A stretch of 64,000 nucleotides of DNA from contig OZ242260.1 in assembly GCA_965207065.1 (NCBI GenBank), forward strand, positions 1,568,001 through 1,632,000. Reading direction: 5' to 3'. Below the pieces are notes generated by a model. It was not told the DNA's origin. It was given only the letters and a program-made list of their open reading frames with translations, and did not search any database. Positions within the stretch are counted from its first letter, which is position 1. Each line of letters starts with the position of its first letter. This DNA comes from a bacterium (GTDB taxonomy: Bacteria; UBA8248). Of this stretch, positions 59,720-64,000 are shown in pieces. Both the position numbers and the translations under genes were made by a program.

Positions 59720-60727
59720 CTATGACTTACCACTCTCCCCGCCGAAGAACGCGGCGATTTTGCCGAGCGACGCCGGGATGTCCACGTCCCACTGGCGGTT
59801 CGAGCCGCCGCCGGTGTGGGGCAGAAGCACGGCGTTCGGCAGCCCGATGAGGGGGCTGTCGGCGGGCAGGGGTTCGTAGCGGTAGACGTCGAGACCGGCC
59901 ATGGCGATCTCACCCGCCCGGAGCGCTTCGGCGAGCGCCGCCTCATCGACCAGCGCCCCCCGGCCCACGTTGATGAGCGCCGCCGTTTTCTTCATGCGCT
60001 CAAGCTCACCGGCGCCTATCATCCCCTCGCTTTCCTCGGTGTGCGGCAGGACAAGGACGAGATAATCGACGCGCGCGAGCAGGTCGTCAAAGCCCAGATA
60101 CCTGGCCTGATACTCTGCCTCCACATCTGCCGTGTGGCGCGTCCTCTGGTAGTAGAATATCTCCATGCCGAAGGCCAGACAGCGCCTGGCGATGTCCATG
60201 CCGATGTCGCCCAGGCCGATGATGCCCACGCTCTGCCCGAAGAGCTCCGCGACGCCCTCAATCTCCGGCCAGTTGGGCCGGATGTTCCACTGGCTGGTGG
60301 CGACCGGCTCCAGCCCCATCTCGCGGTAGACGCCCGCCTCGACCGCCTTCTGGCCCAGAATCGCCTTGCGCTCGCAGCAGAGCATGAGGGTCAAGGCCTG
60401 CTCGGCCACCGTGGCGTTCCGCATGAGCGACTGCGTGCCGACGGGGACCCCCCGCTCGCGCGCCGCGTCGGCGTCGATGTTCTTGCAGTTCAGCCCGTGT
60501 TTCTGGATGTAGCGCAGCTTCCCCGCCGCATGGATGACCGAGGCGGGGAGCGCCGCCTTGTAGCAGAGGACCGCCTCGGCCCCGGGCGCGAGCGCCAGGA
60601 GCGCATCCAAATCCGCGCTGTCGGGCGCCGTGATATCGAAAGGCGCGGAGGCTGCGTTCGCCTTCACCCTCTTCAGAAAATTGCCCGACGCCCCGTCGGC
60701 GACGAGCAGGCGTATCTTGTCGCTCAT
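59720..60727 (-). CDS. D-isomer-specific 2-hydroxyacid dehydrogenase
   Basis: VAEQAL, GIIGLGDIG, INVGRG, GLDVYRYEP, LPHTGG. Confidence 0.9.
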   Translation of the reverse strand: MSDKIRLLVADGASGNFLKRVKANAASAPFDITAPDSADLDALLALAPGAEAVLCYKAALPASVIHAAGKLRYIQKHGLNCKNIDADAARERGVPVGTQSLMRNATVAEQALTLMLCCERKAILGQKAVEAGVYREMGLEPVATSQWNIRPNWPEIEGVAELFGQSVGIIGLGDIGMDIARRCLAFGMEIFYYQRTRHTADVEAEYQARYLGFDDLLARVDYLVLVLPHTEESEGMIGAGELERMKKTAALINVGRGALVDEAALAEALRAGEIAMAGLDVYRYEPLPADSPLIGLPNAVLLPHTGGGSNRQWDVDIPASLGKIAAFFGGESGKS

Positions 60728-60827
60728 GTGCTCTCCTTGCGCGGTATGAATGATGAAGGCGGTAGAGCGGTTTTTTTAGCATAGTCGGGGCGGTGGGTGC
60801 TACGGGGTCGAACCATCTGTGGAGGGA

Positions 60828-61368
60828 GGGACGCATTTATGCGTCCGCTACGGAACCCCCCAACTCCCCTTGTCAGGGGTTGTTGAAAAAGCCTGATTTC
60901 GCGTTTCTGCGTATGCAACCGACCGGAGAGGGAGGAGACAACACTTTCCCCATGTAGAGTACTCAACAATCACTCCCCCATTGAGGGGGTTGTTGAAAAG
61001 TCCGGACTCTGCGGTTCGGTTCGACGTATGTGAATGTGTAGGGGGCGCATATATGCGCCCCGCACCAATTTCCCACCAAAAGGGCCGCATACTATGTAGC
61101 GCTCCCTAGGAGGGAGCGCTACATACAAAAACCGTCCCTACCCGGTCGAGTCGAATCCTCGTTCATAAGGACTTTTTCAACAGCCCCGTGAGGGTCGTGC
61201 TTCCTGAGGGGAAATCTCGACGGTGAGGTGAGGGTGCATACCCGAAACCGAATCGGTGGGGGGAGTATTTTCTGTGGCATGTCCCCCACCACATCGGCCT
61301 TCGCACAAATCGCTCGGCCTCTGTCGGGCTTTCCCCTCGGGAAGCCCGACCCCCTCAAGGGGGGAGTG
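60828..61368. repeat. Nested repeat cluster: TIR element 60985-61187 (with REP) inside a CACTCCCCC-type MITE
   Basis: CACTCCCCCATTGAGGG, then GGTTGTTGAAAAG...CTTTTTCAACAGCCCC, then MITE interior and CCCCTCAAGGGGGGAGTG. Confidence 0.7.
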
Positions 61369-61618
61369 GAATCCGAAGTACGCATTACGGAAACCTGCAC
61401 AGCATGGTTCACAACCGCCGCGTCGCGTTTCTTCTTTATCCCCAAAGCAGGGCGGTCCGCGAACCGCCCCTGCGGGATGCCGAAAGGGGCTCCGGCGCGA
61501 GCGAACCGACGGGCGACCGCTCTTCCATCGGCCGGCCGCCGTGCCCGCCGCCGCTGCTTCGCCTTCATCGCGTCGCTCCCCGATCGCGTTCAGGCAGTCG
61601 GGGAGCGCCGCGCTATGA

Positions 61619-62101
61619 TCAGTTGGATCCTGTCGCTGTCGAAAGGCCGTTCGCCTTCGCCGTATCGGCGTCGGTATCGTCGCTGGCGCATCCCGCCTTC
61701 AATTGCATCCCCCACTCGGTCTTTCCCTGGCCGACGCCCTCCGTCTTCACGAAGCAAACGTCGAGAAGCTTAAGGTCGGCAGGGCTGATGTATACCGGAT
61801 TATCCCATGAGGCCAACAATGAGACGCTAATGTCGTACGACGTTTCGACGCCGTCGACCTTCACCGTGACGGAGCAGCTTCCAGAGTACCAGCACATGTT
61901 ACTGGCACTGATGAATTCAGCGACCGCGTTCGCTTTCAGCTCCGGGCAATGCGTCTTGGCGGTGGAGTCATCCATCGCATCGCGGCACTCCTGTACACGC
62001 GGGTTTACATCCTGAGCGGATGCCTGCGTCGCAGGAAGTGCGGCATACGCAACCACGGCAAGTGCGAAGATGATTGTCCTGGTAAAGAGTCTGGCTTGCA
62101 T
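61619..62101 (-). CDS. Secreted six-Cys protein, paralog 1 (160 aa)
   Basis: RBS AGGAG; signal peptide MQARLFTRTIIFALAVVAYAALPATQASA. Confidence 0.8.
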   Translation of the reverse strand: MQARLFTRTIIFALAVVAYAALPATQASAQDVNPRVQECRDAMDDSTAKTHCPELKANAVAEFISASNMCWYSGSCSVTVKVDGVETSYDISVSLLASWDNPVYISPADLKLLDVCFVKTEGVGQGKTEWGMQLKAGCASDDTDADTAKANGLSTATGSN

Positions 62102-62444
62102 CGGGTGTCTCCTATCACTGGTTGTCTGTAACGGGTCCTCCCGCCATCGAAGATAAGTAGTGAATATTGTGTCGATGAGGGCCTGCTCGGGATGAAGAAG
62201 GTTTTTGTTTTTCTCACCCTGAGCAGCCGCCGAAGGTAGAACGTGACTGAAAAAGGAGCGTTCGTATCGAAGGGCGCTCATGGGTCCGCGAACCGCCCCT
62301 GCGGGATGCCGAAAGGGGCTCCGGCGCGAGCGAACCGACGGGCGACCGCTCTTCCATCGGCCGGCCGCCACGCCCGCCGCCGCTTCGCCTTCATCGCGGC
62401 GCTCCCCGATCGCGTTCAGGCAGCCGGGGAGCGCCGCGCTATGA

Positions 62445-62918
62445 TCAGTTGGATCCTGTCTCTGTCGAAAGGCCGTTCGCCTTCGCCGTATCGGCGTCGG
62501 TATCGTCGGCGGCGCATCCCGCCTTCAAAAACATCCCCCACGAGGTCTTTCCCTGGCCGACGCCCTCCGACTTCACGAAGCAAACGTCGAGAAGCCGAAG
62601 GTCGGCAGGGTCGATGTATACCGCATCTCCATATGAGACGCTCACTTCGAACGAATTATCGGCGCCGTCGACCTGCACCGTGACGGAGCAGCTTCCGTAG
62701 TACCAGCACGTGTGACTGGGGCCACTGGTGCTTTCAGCGACCGCGTGCGCTTTCAGCTCCGGGCAATGCGTCTTGGCGGTGGAGTCAGCCATCGCATCGC
62801 GGCACTCCTGTACAAGCGGGTGTACATACTGAGCGGACGCCTGCGTCGCAGGAAGCGCGGCATACGCAACCACGGCAAGTGCGAAGATGATTGTCCTGGT
62901 AAAGAGTCTGGCTTGCAT
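62445..62918 (-). CDS. Secreted six-Cys protein, paralog 2 (157 aa)
   Basis: Identical signal peptide and the same six Cys; tandem duplication unit of about 826 bp. Confidence 0.8.
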   Translation of the reverse strand: MQARLFTRTIIFALAVVAYAALPATQASAQYVHPLVQECRDAMADSTAKTHCPELKAHAVAESTSGPSHTCWYYGSCSVTVQVDGADNSFEVSVSYGDAVYIDPADLRLLDVCFVKSEGVGQGKTSWGMFLKAGCAADDTDADTAKANGLSTETGSN

Positions 62919-63368
62919 TTGGGGTCTCCTTTCACTGGTTGCCGGCAACGGGTCCTCCCACCACCGAAGCAATGTAGTGGATATTGCATAGATAATATTA
63001 TGTATGAATTATCCAATGCAATATTTTTCGTACCCCGCAGTAACATTTTTTTGTCAGGGTGACTGTCCGCTGTGGACATGCCCGGCGCATCTCCCCGCAA
63101 CTGGCGTCATGGGGCTCGAAGGGAGTTCGCGTATGATGGGGAAGCCGCCGGGCGCGTTCGAAAATACGGAATTTCGGAGAATATCGATAAATATCGATAA
63201 ATTCACGGGGTTTTTCGATAAATTGACGATGTTTTTCCGGGAATGAAACCGGCGGGAAACGGGGGGCGGGCCGGGGGGTTCTTCCGCCGGCGCGATGATG
63301 TATATTAGGCGCATCCGCCGCCCGCGCGAAACCGGGAAATGCGAGAATACGAGAGGAGATGCGAGCAA

Positions 63369-64000
63369 ATGCCGGAAATTATCGACCTGTCCATGCCCGT
63401 CCACATGTGGATGGAGCGCTACCCGGGCACGCCGCAGCCCGTCATCCAGATGATAGAGACGACGTTCGAGTCCGCGGCGCGCATCGGCACCGACAAGATG
63501 GGCTTCCCCGAGCTGTTCGCCCACAGCGTGTGCATCTTCAGCGAGCATTGCGGCACCCACATCGACGCGCGAAGCCACGGCGGCATGAACGATTCGTGGT
63601 CCGAGGACATCCCGCTGGACAAATGCTACGGGCCGGGTCTCAGGCTCGACATGCGGGGAAAGAAACCGGGCGAGGCCATTCAAATCAATGACTTGAAAGA
63701 AGCGCTCGCGAAGGAGAAATACACGATCCGGGGCGGTGAGATCGTCTTCCTCTGGACGGGGGCGGCCGACTACAACGAGGAGCCGCGCTACCTGACGGAC
63801 CACCCCGGCATGGTGGGCGAGAGTGCGGAGTGGCTCATCGACCAGGGGGTGAGCGTGATGGGCATCGACGCGCCGGGCTTCGACCTGCCCATCAAGGAGA
63901 TGCTGGAGAGACGCGACCCCTGGCCGTGCCACCGCCTCTTCCAGACGCGCGAATACTGGCACATCGAGAACCTCTGCAACCTGGACGCCATTCCCGCCGC
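63369..64000 (+). CDS. Cyclase family (kynurenine formamidase-like) metallohydrolase; runs off the window
   Basis: Absent from ORF track (no stop); MPEIIDLSMP, SEHCGTHIDA, HPG, MGIDAP, HIENLCNLD. Confidence 0.88.
   Translation, partial: MPEIIDLSMPVHMWMERYPGTPQPVIQMIETTFESAARIGTDKMGFPELFAHSVCIFSEHCGTHIDARSHGGMNDSWSEDIPLDKCYGPGLRLDMRGKKPGEAIQINDLKEALAKEKYTIRGGEIVFLWTGAADYNEEPRYLTDHPGMVGESAEWLIDQGVSVMGIDAPGFDLPIKEMLERRDPWPCHRLFQTREYWHIENLCNLDAIPA

Overview
GC-rich bacterial chromosome segment; a Nitrospinota/Tectomicrobia- or Deltaproteobacteria-like, possibly host-associated, organism is only a weak guess from gene content. Core content: NFACT/RqcH C-terminus, hemW, a GAF sigma54 activator, a TctABC transporter, cbtA, USP-rimK-proA, an A1-type aa3 cytochrome c oxidase cluster with ctaA/ctaB and an ABC transporter, tRNA-Arg(ACG), SSS and TAXI-TRAP transporters, two-domain thyX, an RND pump, queG and several catabolic enzymes. 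Intergenic regions carry many GTAG-type REPs and nested MITE-like repeats. The strongest novelty candidate is an integrase-free accessory island (about 45.2-53.4 kb) bounded by duplicated promoter segments. It encodes a GAF/PAS-like LuxR-HTH regulator and has four minus-strand promoters, each with a 16-bp TCCCC-N6-GGGGA palindrome exactly 22 bp from a -10 hexamer (lux-box geometry). These sit upstream of the regulator itself, secreted/surface protein genes and truncated remnants. Other candidates: twin sigma54-driven membrane microproteins ending in LRKAA, a structured leader RNA with a small ORF ending YSLAA, a DUF5678-like/retropepsin gene pair, and tandem six-Cys secreted paralogs. All family calls come from motif recognition by eye; no database search was run.
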